Shown here piece by piece: positions 1 through 8,107 of a DNA stretch of 32,000 bases (positions within the stretch are counted from its first letter, which is position 1; each line of letters begins with the position of its first letter). Source of the stretch: Patescibacteria group bacterium. Its GTDB lineage: Bacteria; Patescibacteriota; Patescibacteriia; 2-01-FULL-39-33. Where the stretch lies: assembly GCA_041662745.1 (NCBI GenBank), contig JBAZRV010000006.1, positions 1 to 32,000 on the forward strand. Direction: 5' to 3'. Both the position numbers and the translations under genes were made by a program. Under the pieces are notes generated by a model. The model saw only the letters and a list, made by a program, of their open reading frames with translations, searched no databases and was not told the origin of the DNA.

Positions 1-111
1 GGCAATTTCTCAAAAAGCTCATTGGAAGTTGTTCTCAGCCGTCTGGCCAATTCTGATACATTCATTATATTTAAGTTAAAAGTTTATAAGATCTGTAAAA
101 TCAATCCATAA
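1..111 (+). CDS. Possible C-terminal tail of a truncated CDS (GNFSKSSLEVVLSRLANSDTFIIFKLKVYKICKINP*)
   Basis: Frame 1 is open from the window edge to TAA at 109-111. Only 36 codons, no homology recognised. Confidence 0.2.
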   Translation, partial: GNFSKSSLEVVLSRLANSDTFIIFKLKVYKICKINP

Positions 112-263
112 AAGCAAAGGTTTTGTATGAAATCAAAGGCCTTCGAATCAAAATAATTGCATAAAACTGCTTTAACCATAACAAAATAAGCCAAAAAAAT
201 CAAGCCAACGGGTGACTTGACGTAATTGAAATTTATTGTCAGATGATTTATAGTAAACAAAGA

Positions 264-286
264 CCCAGCCGACAAAGCCGGCTGGG
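264..286 (-). terminator. Rho-independent-like terminator downstream of the 322-666 gene
   Basis: CCCAGCCG / CGGCTGGG 8 bp stem, loop ACAAAGC; on the minus strand followed by TCTTTGTTT. Confidence 0.6.
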
Positions 287-321
287 CGTGAAATGTTCAT
301 TGAAATGCGTTATGAAATGCG

Positions 322-666
322 TTAGATGTGACCGAAAACCAGAGTGTTCCAGCCATCTTCCGGGATTTCTCCGGCCCAAAGGAAAGAGAACGATCTGTCT
401 CCAAGCACGGCATTATAAACTTCATCAACGCAATTGGAGACGGCTTCTTCGTTGGCACCGGCCACGATAAATCGCAAAGGCTGGCCCCAACGCCTGTTGA
501 TGGAGTCACCGCCGATGGTTACCGCATGCTCAGCGGCTTCATACATAAGAAAAGCGTGGTCGCCGTGGCGCATAACCCCGGCTAATCCCTCCAACTCATC
601 CTGTTCATCAGGATTGCTCGCAATAATTACTAACTGTTTTTCTTCCGGATCATAAATCGCTTTCAT
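322..666 (-). CDS. Hypothetical protein (114 aa)
   Basis: ORF with good SD (AAGGAGATAAGAAATC-ATG) and a terminator just downstream on the same strand. Confidence 0.7.
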   Translation of the reverse strand: MKAIYDPEEKQLVIIASNPDEQDELEGLAGVMRHGDHAFLMYEAAEHAVTIGGDSINRRWGQPLRFIVAGANEEAVSNCVDEVYNAVLGDRSFSFLWAGEIPEDGWNTLVFGHI

Positions 667-771
667 GATTTCTTATCTCCTTGGTCCTTGACCCCTTAAT
701 CTGCTTTAGCTTTATTTGATTGGAACGAACGATAAACCATTATACCTTAAATAATTAACTTTGTCAACAGT

Positions 772-1599
772 GTGTCCACATCACAACCAGCCGTCATTCT
801 GGACGGCAAAAAAATCGCCGCTGAAATCCTCTTGGCTATCAGAAAACAAATCATTGAGGCCGGCCTACAACCGGGCTTGGCCGCTATTTTAGTCGGCAAC
901 GACCCGGCCTCGGAAATGTACGTCCGACTGAAAGAAAAAGCCTGCCTTAACGTCGGCATCAACTTTCATAAGTACTTGGGCGGCAATGAAATTCTGCAAG
1001 ACTTTGATGAAACGGAATTAACCGAATTGATTGGATTCCTCAATCGCGACGAGCAAATTGACGGCATCTTGTTGCAACTGCCCTTGCCCGAAGGATTTGA
1101 TCAAAACAAGATAATCAAGCTGATAGCGCCGGAAAAAGACGCTGACGGTTTCAACGGCGGACCGGTAACTCCGCCGACTGTCGCCGCCATTATTGAACTG
1201 CTAAAAGCGACGGGAGAAAATCTAACCGATAAAAAAACTTTAATCATCGGCAAAAGTGATGTCTTTACCGGAGGAATAGAAAAATATTTGAAACAAGAGA
1301 CGGGAATCAAGAAAATAAGCGTTTCATCATCCCTGCCTGATAATTCCGCCGATTTTGACATTGTTATTATCGCCCTGGGCCGAGCGCATGCCCTAAGCGG
1401 CTCTCAAGTGAAAACCGGCGCCATCGTTATTGATGTCGGCATAAATAAATATGACGGCCAAACCGTCGGCGATGCCGATCCGTCCGTCGCCAAGGTCGCC
1501 GGCTGGCTATCGCCCGTGCCCGGCGGCGTCGGTCCGCTTACCGTCGCCTGCCTGCTAAGGAATGTTCTTGAATTGGCGAAAAAGAATCGGGAGAAATAA
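772..1599 (+). CDS. folD: Bifunctional methylenetetrahydrofolate dehydrogenase/cyclohydrolase, divergent
   Basis: GTG start. Motifs VGNDPASEMYVRLKEKAC, GILLQLPLP, KDADGFNGG, VIDVGIN, PGGVGPLTVACLL. Confidence 0.9.
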   Translation: MSTSQPAVILDGKKIAAEILLAIRKQIIEAGLQPGLAAILVGNDPASEMYVRLKEKACLNVGINFHKYLGGNEILQDFDETELTELIGFLNRDEQIDGILLQLPLPEGFDQNKIIKLIAPEKDADGFNGGPVTPPTVAAIIELLKATGENLTDKKTLIIGKSDVFTGGIEKYLKQETGIKKISVSSSLPDNSADFDIVIIALGRAHALSGSQVKTGAIVIDVGINKYDGQTVGDADPSVAKVAGWLSPVPGGVGPLTVACLLRNVLELAKKNREK

Positions 1600-1699
1600 T
1601 TTTTTGTTTTATTATTTCCGCATCAAGTCGCATAAATATTGCCAGGACAATAGTTACCAAACACGACAGATAAACAAATTTTCCCGCCCACGCAGTAAC

Positions 1700-1754
1700 A
1701 AAAAAAATAAAAATAAATCGCCGTCCCAACTTGTTACAGTCGGGACGGCTTTAA
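1700..1754 (-). terminator. Terminator of the minus-strand ORF 1764-2231
   Basis: GCCGTCCC...GGGACGGC inverted repeat; on the minus strand followed by GATTTATTTTTATTTTTTTT. Confidence 0.65.
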
Positions 1755-1763
1755 ATGTGCAGG

Positions 1764-2231
1764 CTACTTCTTGTTGCCGAAGCCGAGGAAGCCGGCCAAG
1801 CGCTTGTGCCACGGCAACTTCTTTACCGCGAGCCCGGCGTTGGCCGCGGCCTGCCGTCGCTCGTGTTCCTGACGATTGGCCGAGGCGACATCGTCCAGGA
1901 TCTGCTCCATCGCCTTCGGGCCGACCGTCGCCAGCGTCTCCTTGAGAACGGGGGCGATGCCGCCGGATGCTGGCTTCTTCAACGCGCGATTCGGATCGGG
2001 CCGAGGACGCCATCCCGCCGGTTTGGTGGGAGTGGATTCATTCGCCTCAAACGCCTTTTGCAACGAGAGAAGCGACATCGTAGTGGCCGGCGCCCCGTTG
2101 ACCGAAGCCAAGACGAGATGCGAGCACCACACCGGCACCGGCAAATCGTTTCGCCGAAAAAACCGTCGAGCCGTCCGCCGTTGCTGAGCATTGCCACCAT
2201 GATTTTCAGGAGCGCGGTCTTTCTTCAACAT
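1764..2231 (-). CDS. Hypothetical GC-rich protein (155 aa)
   Basis: SD AGGAGAAGAACT-ATG, consensus promoter upstream on the same strand, terminator downstream. No family recognised. Confidence 0.6.
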   Translation of the reverse strand: MLKKDRAPENHGGNAQQRRTARRFFRRNDLPVPVWCSHLVLASVNGAPATTMSLLSLQKAFEANESTPTKPAGWRPRPDPNRALKKPASGGIAPVLKETLATVGPKAMEQILDDVASANRQEHERRQAAANAGLAVKKLPWHKRLAGFLGFGNKK

Positions 2232-2392
2232 AGTTCTTCTCCTACCGATCGGCTTAGCCGTCGGCTTTCTGCTCCTTATTCAGGAGTTCCGTTGCCCCTT
2301 ATTCAGGGGAGATGCGAATCGGCGAGAACTGTGGGTTCCGACCGAGTTGTGAATGATCCGACATTTCCATTACCTCTTATCGCTAATATACC

Positions 2393-2421
2393 ATTATAGC
2401 ATACCTATAAAATTTTGTCAA
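2393..2421 (-). promoter_or_regulatory. Sigma70-type promoter for the 1764-2231 gene
   Basis: Minus strand TTGACA (2421-2416), 17 nt spacer, TATAAT (2398-2393). Confidence 0.75.
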
Positions 2422-2707
2422 GGAATTTATCCACATAATAACTCTTAACATATCACATATTAGCTAAATTTAAACAAGATAAAATCAAGCTAAAAAACCA
2501 TTTACCTAAAATAAGCTAAAACGCAATAATAAAATCATTAAATCTCTTGACAGATTTTTTATTCAAAATTTTTCCCCGGATCAACCAAGCGAAGAAAAAA
2601 ATTTCAATTTCTGATTTTCGATTTTTTACCCTCATTTGCCCTATTTTATCCCCAATTAATTTGCTCTAAATTTAAACAAAAAACAGCTATTTTAAACACT
2701 CCGGCTA

Positions 2708-2736
2708 TTGACAAACTAATCTTGATGTGATACAAT
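2708..2736 (+). promoter_or_regulatory. Sigma70-type promoter of the lysozyme-like gene
   Basis: TTGACA (2708-2713), 17 nt, TACAAT (2731-2736). Confidence 0.7.
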
Positions 2737-2756
2737 GGTTAATCCTGAACACGAGG

Positions 2757-2783
2757 TCACCCAATATGATAGGGTGATTTTTT
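2757..2783 (+). promoter_or_regulatory. Terminator/attenuator-like hairpin in the 5' leader
   Basis: TCACCC-AATATGATA-GGGTGA followed by TTTTTT, between the promoter and the ATG at 2804. Confidence 0.45.
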
Positions 2784-2803
2784 GTTGGGGCTAACCATCA
2801 TTT

Positions 2804-3352
2804 ATGAACAAAAAAACAATCCAAAAAAATTCGCTTGTCTTAGGAGGATTAGTCTTTTTATTGCAGTTCTCTCTGATGCCTATGGCGCAGGCCGCCGGCC
2901 TGTTTGACCAAGGAGAAATCGCCTATGCTACTGCCGCCACCTCGGCCGAACCCGTCATTTATAACCATGATCGTGAAGATAACGTGATCGTCAAGGTAAC
3001 TAAAACCGTTGAGGACACCATCGCCCTGAACAAGGTTATTGACGAACCTGAACCGACCGTAGAGCAGGTCAAGGAGTATGTTTTAAACGAGGCCAAGAAA
3101 GCCGGTTTAAACCCCCGTGAAGTCGCGGCGATTGTTAACTGCGAATCCCGCTGGGATTATAAAGTGGTCTCTAAGCCCAACTATAACGGCACCAAAGATA
3201 TGGGTTTGTGGCAGATTAATTCTATCCATAAGAATATTTCTGACGCTGACAAGTTGGATTTTAAAGCCGCTACCAAATGGGCTATCGCCAAGCGTTTGGA
3301 CGATGGCAGTTGGTCGGCTTGGTCTTGCGCCAAAATTTTGGCCATCAGATAA
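2804..3352 (+). CDS. Secreted transglycosylase-SLT/lysozyme-like protein
   Basis: N-terminal signal peptide (..LVLGGLVFLLQFSLMPMAQAA); IVNCESRWD, MGLWQIN, KWAIAKRLDDGSWSAWSC lysozyme-like motifs. Confidence 0.8.
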   Translation: MNKKTIQKNSLVLGGLVFLLQFSLMPMAQAAGLFDQGEIAYATAATSAEPVIYNHDREDNVIVKVTKTVEDTIALNKVIDEPEPTVEQVKEYVLNEAKKAGLNPREVAAIVNCESRWDYKVVSKPNYNGTKDMGLWQINSIHKNISDADKLDFKAATKWAIAKRLDDGSWSAWSCAKILAIR

Positions 3353-3379
3353 CCCGACTCCGCCAATCAGCGAATGGAT

Positions 3380-3412
3380 AAAACACCTCCGAACAGGGGT
3401 GTTTTATTTTAA
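3380..3412 (+). terminator. Rho-independent terminator
   Basis: AAAACACCTCCGAACAGGGGTGTTTTATTTT after the lysozyme-like CDS. Confidence 0.7.
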
Positions 3413-3463
3413 CGGCATCGGTTGAAATCCGGCCGATAATTTGTTACAATCTAAATACTTGCC

Positions 3464-3535
3464 GGTCTGGTAGCCAAGTGGTAAGGCGACGGTCTGCAAA
3501 ACCGTTATTCGGGGGTTCGATCCCCCCCCAGACCT
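3464..3535 (+). tRNA. tRNA-Cys, anticodon GCA (3496-3498)
   Basis: Acceptor GGTCTGG/CCAGACC, D stem GCC/GGC, anticodon stem ACGGT/ACCGT with loop CTGCAAA, T arm GGGGG-TTCGATC-CCCCC, discriminator T, no encoded CCA. Confidence 0.95.
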
Positions 3536-3547
3536 TTTTTAAATTTT
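3522..3547 (+). repeat. 26 bp direct repeat, copy 1 (tRNA-Cys 3' end plus flank)
   Basis: CCCCCCCCAGACCTTTTTTAAATTTT. Confidence 0.9.
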
Positions 3548-3670
3548 ACGGGGAGATCGAACAGGTTGGCAGTGAGGCAAGCGCGAGAGCGCGTAGCCGA
3601 ACGCCGATAGGCGCGACTATGGGAGCGCCTAGCGCCAACCCAGGACAAGCATTGCGAGAGCGATGCGCGA
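3548..3670 (+). ncRNA. Candidate structured RNA segment downstream of tRNA-Cys
   Basis: Outer stem GGTTGGC (3564-3570)/GCCAACC (3634-3640); GCGC-GAGA-GCGC (3581-3592); TAGGCGC/GCGCCTA (3608-3614/3625-3631); GCATTGC-GAGA-GCGATGC (3649-3666). Confidence 0.45.
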
Positions 3671-3696
3671 CCCCCCCCAGACCTTTTTTAAATTTT
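3671..3696 (+). repeat. 26 bp direct repeat, copy 2 (duplicated tRNA-Cys 3' end)
   Basis: CCCCCCCCAGACCTTTTTTAAATTTT, identical to 3522-3547. Confidence 0.9.
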
Positions 3697-3709
3697 CAGA
3701 CTTTTTAGA

Positions 3710-3735
3710 CTGCCCGGGCAAACGGGCAGTTTTTT
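3710..3735 (+). terminator. Rho-independent terminator
   Basis: CTGCCCG-GGCAAA-CGGGCAG followed by TTTTTT. Confidence 0.85.
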
Positions 3736-3748
3736 CTTGACAAAACCC

Positions 3749-3777
3749 TTGACAGAATGCAGTGATTATGATAAGAT
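3749..3777 (+). promoter_or_regulatory. Sigma70-type promoter with overlapping palindrome
   Basis: TTGACA (3749-3754), 17 nt, TAAGAT (3772-3777); TGATAAG-ATGC-CTTATCA at 3769-3786. Confidence 0.5.
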
Positions 3778-3867
3778 GCCTTATCAAGTTCTTTGACAAT
3801 AAGTTATTTGACATTGCTGACAACGGCGCGCCAAACAAACAACAGGGCTTAGCCCAAGGAGACAGCC

Positions 3868-4305
3868 ATGCTACTGCATCAATTAAAAAGCGAGACGGAC
3901 GGTCAATCTGCCACTATAGGCATCAGATGGTGCCTGTCGCCGGAAGAAATTAAACGCCTAAAATCAAATGATAGGGAAGCGAAAATCATTATCACCGTCC
4001 TCCACATCCGACAACGCTATGGTGAATACAGCTATGTGGAGGAAAGCCGAAAAGTTTTGCCGATAACCGCGGCAAGCACCTTTATCAGTTTCCGCAATCC
4101 CGGACGGCACGTCATTTGCGCCGGCATTTTGGATACTGATTGCTATTCGCCGGAGGTTTGTTTGTCAGTATACCGGCACCATTCCGGTTACAACTCTTAT
4201 GACAAATCAATCATAAGTACTTCTATCGCTTTTATAGGAGACGGGACGACCGAGGGTATCGGCATGCGTACCTGTTTGCTTCTTATGCCGGCCAGTTTGG
4301 CCTAG
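3868..4305 (+). CDS. Hypothetical protein (145 aa)
   Basis: SD AAGGAGACAGCC-ATG; downstream of a promoter-like sequence. Confidence 0.6.
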   Translation: MLLHQLKSETDGQSATIGIRWCLSPEEIKRLKSNDREAKIIITVLHIRQRYGEYSYVEESRKVLPITAASTFISFRNPGRHVICAGILDTDCYSPEVCLSVYRHHSGYNSYDKSIISTSIAFIGDGTTEGIGMRTCLLLMPASLA

Positions 4306-4317
4306 CTTGAAGTTGAT

Positions 4318-5037
4318 GTGGATGAAAAATCATTCGCCCCGAAACCCCGGGATTACAAGCTGGTCCAATATTGGTACGATACCAAACCCCTTGACCAATG
4401 CCACCACCGGAAACGCCGTTTCGTAGCATACCTGCTAACCCTCACCGTATTGCCACTGATGCAAATCGCGAAGGTATTAGGTTTCATGTTCGGCAATGTC
4501 GTTGTCGGCCTGACACTGATAAATTGGCGCAGTATTTTCAAGCCATTCACTTATGGCGCCTATTGCGGTCAACGTTACTGGAAAGTATCCGACTATGCCG
4601 ATAAGAACGGGGGAATAAAAGCAAAAAAATGGTGGCGGGCCTTATTGAACTGGCGACTGATTATCATTTACGGTTTGCTCGCCTATTCATTAACAATTCT
4701 CTTTGCTTATATCGCCCCCTATCTGCTGCCGCTGCTTGCAATTCTCAGTTGTTTAGCTCTTTTGGTTTTTTTAGCGGTCGTAATCATTTATCTGTTAAAC
4801 AAGTCCGGATCAACGTCAGCATCCAGACGGTTTGGCCGAATGAGAAAAACCGAACAAAAACTTAAGAAAAAAAATGAACTGCTAAGGCAAAGACAGAACC
4901 GGGAGTTGGAACAGATAGCCTGTTACTTGTTACCGGAAGAAATCAGCTATGCCACCCTGCCCAAGGAAAAGAAAACCGTTCATTTGCGTTTCCAACATCT
5001 GAAATCAACAGTCTGCCGTCCCTTCGCCGGCAGTTGA
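4318..5037 (+). CDS. Hypothetical membrane protein (239 aa)
   Basis: GTG start; hydrophobic segments and a basic coiled-coil-like C-terminal region. Confidence 0.6.
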   Translation: MDEKSFAPKPRDYKLVQYWYDTKPLDQCHHRKRRFVAYLLTLTVLPLMQIAKVLGFMFGNVVVGLTLINWRSIFKPFTYGAYCGQRYWKVSDYADKNGGIKAKKWWRALLNWRLIIIYGLLAYSLTILFAYIAPYLLPLLAILSCLALLVFLAVVIIYLLNKSGSTSASRRFGRMRKTEQKLKKKNELLRQRQNRELEQIACYLLPEEISYATLPKEKKTVHLRFQHLKSTVCRPFAGS

Positions 5038-5057
5038 TCAATCTTCTTCGCACCTTT

Positions 5058-5086
5058 ACCCTGCGTCTCACAACGCAGGGTTTTTT
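5058..5086 (+). terminator. Rho-independent terminator
   Basis: ACCCTGCG-TCTCACAA-CGCAGGGT followed by TTTTT. Confidence 0.85.
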
Positions 5087-5117
5087 GTTTATTCCGATTA
5101 TGCTATATTAATGGCAT

Positions 5118-6026
5118 ATGCCGTTAACCGCCTTGGAGCAAGCTGTTCTAAAAACTCTGGTTTATTTTTCTGTCATTGACTATCCTTTGGCTCTTTTGGA
5201 AATCAAAAAGTTCCTGGCCCTGCCAGCCACCCTATCGGACGTGTTTTCGGCTTTAAACGGCGCCGGTCTGCAACCGTTTGTCAGTCATAACCGCGGCTTA
5301 TACTGTTTGACCGTCGACCAACGCTTGCCGGCCTTGCGGCTCAAGCGCTACCGCCTGTCAATTGCCAAACTTAAACGGGCCGAATTCTGGACGCGCCTGA
5401 TCGCCCGATTGCCTTATGTCAAAGCCGTGGCCGTTTACAGCTCGCTGGCCATAAAGAACTCTGATTCGGAAAGCGACATTGATCTGTTTATCATCGCCAG
5501 TAGCGGTCGCCTGTGGACCGCCAGATTCTTCGTCAATTCATTCTTAAAGTTTTTCCGTTTGCGGCCGCAAGGCGAAAACGCCAAAGACAAATTCTGCGCC
5601 AGCTACTTTATCGGCGAAGAAAACCTGTCCTTGTCCAGGGTCAATCTGCCGGAATGTTTTCTGCCCTACTATGAAAGCGCGACCTTCCTGTTTGTCGCCG
5701 GCGACAGAATCATCACAAAACAATTTTTCTCCGCCAACGGCTGGCTTAAGGCCAAACTGCCCAATTGGCAACCGCCGCTGGCGCCGACGCTGAAAAAAAT
5801 CGGCCGACTGCTGAAGGGTTTGATGGAATTCAAGACGGGACTGATTCCCGAGAGATACTACAAAAATTGGCAATGGCGAATCATGCCGCAAAAATACTTT
5901 GACGCCTGCGATGGCCGTAATGTCATATTGGAGCCGGCTCTGATCAAACTTCATTTGCAGGATAAACGGCAAAGCTATTGCCGATCATTTCAAAAAAAAT
6001 TAAATTCGCTCGCCAACCATGCTTAA
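5118..6026 (+). CDS. Nucleotidyltransferase-domain protein
   Basis: N-terminal helical region and a nucleotidyltransferase-like core NSDSESDIDLFIIA. Confidence 0.6.
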   Translation: MPLTALEQAVLKTLVYFSVIDYPLALLEIKKFLALPATLSDVFSALNGAGLQPFVSHNRGLYCLTVDQRLPALRLKRYRLSIAKLKRAEFWTRLIARLPYVKAVAVYSSLAIKNSDSESDIDLFIIASSGRLWTARFFVNSFLKFFRLRPQGENAKDKFCASYFIGEENLSLSRVNLPECFLPYYESATFLFVAGDRIITKQFFSANGWLKAKLPNWQPPLAPTLKKIGRLLKGLMEFKTGLIPERYYKNWQWRIMPQKYFDACDGRNVILEPALIKLHLQDKRQSYCRSFQKKLNSLANHA

Positions 6027-7347
6027 AAAAACATTAAACGCCCTAATCGCGCTATATCTTTTCCTGTTGCCTTGGCAGGCGGTTTATATTTTTGCCGAAA
6101 ATTTTATCAACGGAGCCAAGTGGCAATACGGTACGGGACAGATCTATTTGACGGAACCGCTCTTGTGGCTGATAGCGCTGATTTTCGTCAGCGGCCGAAT
6201 CAACAGCCGAGGCCTTAAATCGCTTGTTCCCGACTTTAAACTTTTAAAATCGGCGGATAAAAAAAGAATGGCGATAACTTCGGCCATCTGGCTGTTCGTT
6301 CTTTGGTCGGGACTGTCTATCCTTTGGTCGCCGGAAAAACCGGCGGCCTGTTACTTATGGCTGCATCTGCTAGAGGGCGCCGCTCTAATGCTTATAATTC
6401 TCAACTCCGGCTGGCGCTTGAAAAACCTTCTCTGGCCCCTGATCGCCTCAGCCGGGCCAATCGCACTGCTGGCCGTCTGGCAATTCCTGACGCAAAATAG
6501 CCTTGCCAACACGCTTCTGGGCCTTTCGCCGCACTCAGCCGCGATTTTGGGCGACACGGTCATTGAAACGGACGTCGGCCGCTGGCTTAGGGCTTACGGA
6601 CCGTTTTCCCACCCCAATATCTTGGGCGGCTATCTGGCGTTAACGCTGAGCGCTGTCTTGATTTTATGGCAAGAAATCGCTTGGTCGTCCTTCCCTTCGC
6701 TTAAACGGGAAAGCCAGCGGATTTTTCTGCTGGTTGTCATCTGCCTGATTTCCGCCAGCTTATTCTTTTCTTTCTCCCGTTCCGCCTGGCTGGCAGCTTT
6801 GATTATTTTAATGATCTGTCTGGGTTATTGGCTGAAAAATAAAAAACTTTGGCCGCAATATCTCGCCATCATACTGGCTCCGCTTCTGATTTTTGCTACC
6901 TTATCTTTTATCTTTAATCCGTTAGTCCTGGCCAGAGCCGACTTGGCCGGCCGGTTGGAAAACAACTCCTTGGCAGAACGCGAGACGCAAGTTTCCCAAG
7001 CGCTCGGCTTGATTAAAAATCAACCGCTACTTGGCGCAGGACTGAATAATTACACTTACGCCCTGCATCGGCAATCACCCTTGTCGCCGGCGTATTCGTT
7101 ACAGCCGGTTCACAATCTTTATCTTCTTATCCTGGCCGAACTGGGGGTTATCGGGCTGATTATTAGTCTTGTTTTGTTTTATCTGATTATCAAGAACAGC
7201 AAAAAATCCTTTGCTCTATTGCCACTGACCGCCCTGTTGATTATCAGTTTATTTGACCATTACTTTTTCACCCAATATATCGGCCTGATGATTTTTTGGC
7301 TGGCCTTGACGCTGGCGCTGGTTGATGATAAAGTAGAAAACCAGTAG
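6019..7347 (+). CDS. O-antigen ligase (WaaL-like) family membrane protein
   Basis: Polytopic; YGPFSHPNILGGYLALTLS and GAGLNNYTYALHRQ...VHNLYLLILAELGVIGL are ligase-family signatures. Confidence 0.8.
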   Translation: MLKKTLNALIALYLFLLPWQAVYIFAENFINGAKWQYGTGQIYLTEPLLWLIALIFVSGRINSRGLKSLVPDFKLLKSADKKRMAITSAIWLFVLWSGLSILWSPEKPAACYLWLHLLEGAALMLIILNSGWRLKNLLWPLIASAGPIALLAVWQFLTQNSLANTLLGLSPHSAAILGDTVIETDVGRWLRAYGPFSHPNILGGYLALTLSAVLILWQEIAWSSFPSLKRESQRIFLLVVICLISASLFFSFSRSAWLAALIILMICLGYWLKNKKLWPQYLAIILAPLLIFATLSFIFNPLVLARADLAGRLENNSLAERETQVSQALGLIKNQPLLGAGLNNYTYALHRQSPLSPAYSLQPVHNLYLLILAELGVIGLIISLVLFYLIIKNSKKSFALLPLTALLIISLFDHYFFTQYIGLMIFWLALTLALVDDKVENQ

Positions 7348-7384
7348 AACCTTGCAAACTCAAAACTTACGGAAAGGAGGAATC

Positions 7385-7987
7385 ATGATCGGATTCTCTT
7401 TGCCATCACCGGTGCTGGAAAGACTGTTTGAAAGGCGGATACTGGAAATCTCCGGAGGGGTGGACGCGGAAATGGGCGATTATATCCGAACCGCTTTTTC
7501 CCGGCTGATCGCTGAAGGCGCGCCCGATATTGTGATTCTTTTTACTTCCACCGGCGGAAGCGCGGAACGCGGTTTGGAAATATACGACATACTCAAATCC
7601 TACCCCGGGAAAAAAACCGGGGTGGTAATCGCTTTCGCCCAATCCATGGCCGCGATTATCCTGCAGGCTTGCGATCGCCGGCTGATCCTGCCGCACGCGA
7701 CCATCTTGGTCCACAATCCCAACCCCGCCGATTCCGGAAAGAGAATAAAATTCCACATGTTCAGGGACGGCACTTTGATGGACGAAGTTTATTCCCATCT
7801 GGAAAAAACCAGACAAAAATTCATTGATATTATTGCCAGCCGAGCCACGAAAAAAACCGCTGAAGAAATAGCAGATTTACTGGATGCGGACAGGGATCTG
7901 TCAGCCGATGAGGCTATCGCCTTCGGCTTGGCCGACGGCCTGATAGAAAACTTAAGCGATTTGTCCGGAAACGGCCGGCCTGATTGA
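7385..7987 (+). CDS. ClpP/Ser-protease-fold protein
   Basis: SD GAAAGGAGGAATC-ATG at 7385 (internal to ORF 7352-7987); FTSTGGSAERGLEIYDIL, FAQSMAAIIL, ATILVHNP. Confidence 0.7.
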   Translation: MIGFSLPSPVLERLFERRILEISGGVDAEMGDYIRTAFSRLIAEGAPDIVILFTSTGGSAERGLEIYDILKSYPGKKTGVVIAFAQSMAAIILQACDRRLILPHATILVHNPNPADSGKRIKFHMFRDGTLMDEVYSHLEKTRQKFIDIIASRATKKTAEEIADLLDADRDLSADEAIAFGLADGLIENLSDLSGNGRPD

Positions 7988-8107
7988 ACCTTTTATGCTC
8001 CGGATTGCCAAAGTGGCGACTCGGAGTTTTTGTTTGACTTAATCGCTCCGGCTTGCTAAAATCGCCACAGCATCAAGAACTTTAAAATAACCATAGGGAG
8101 AGAATAA

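Noticed and set aside
1755-2399. 214-aa plus-strand ORF
   Set aside because: Longer than the antisense ORF, but promoter, SD and terminator all support the minus-strand gene. Open plus-strand frames are expected in GC-rich sequence.
3522-3696. Integrated mobile element (attL/attR) at tRNA-Cys
   Set aside because: The repeats fit the pattern, but only 123 nt lie between them with no integrase. Reported as an unexplained duplication instead.
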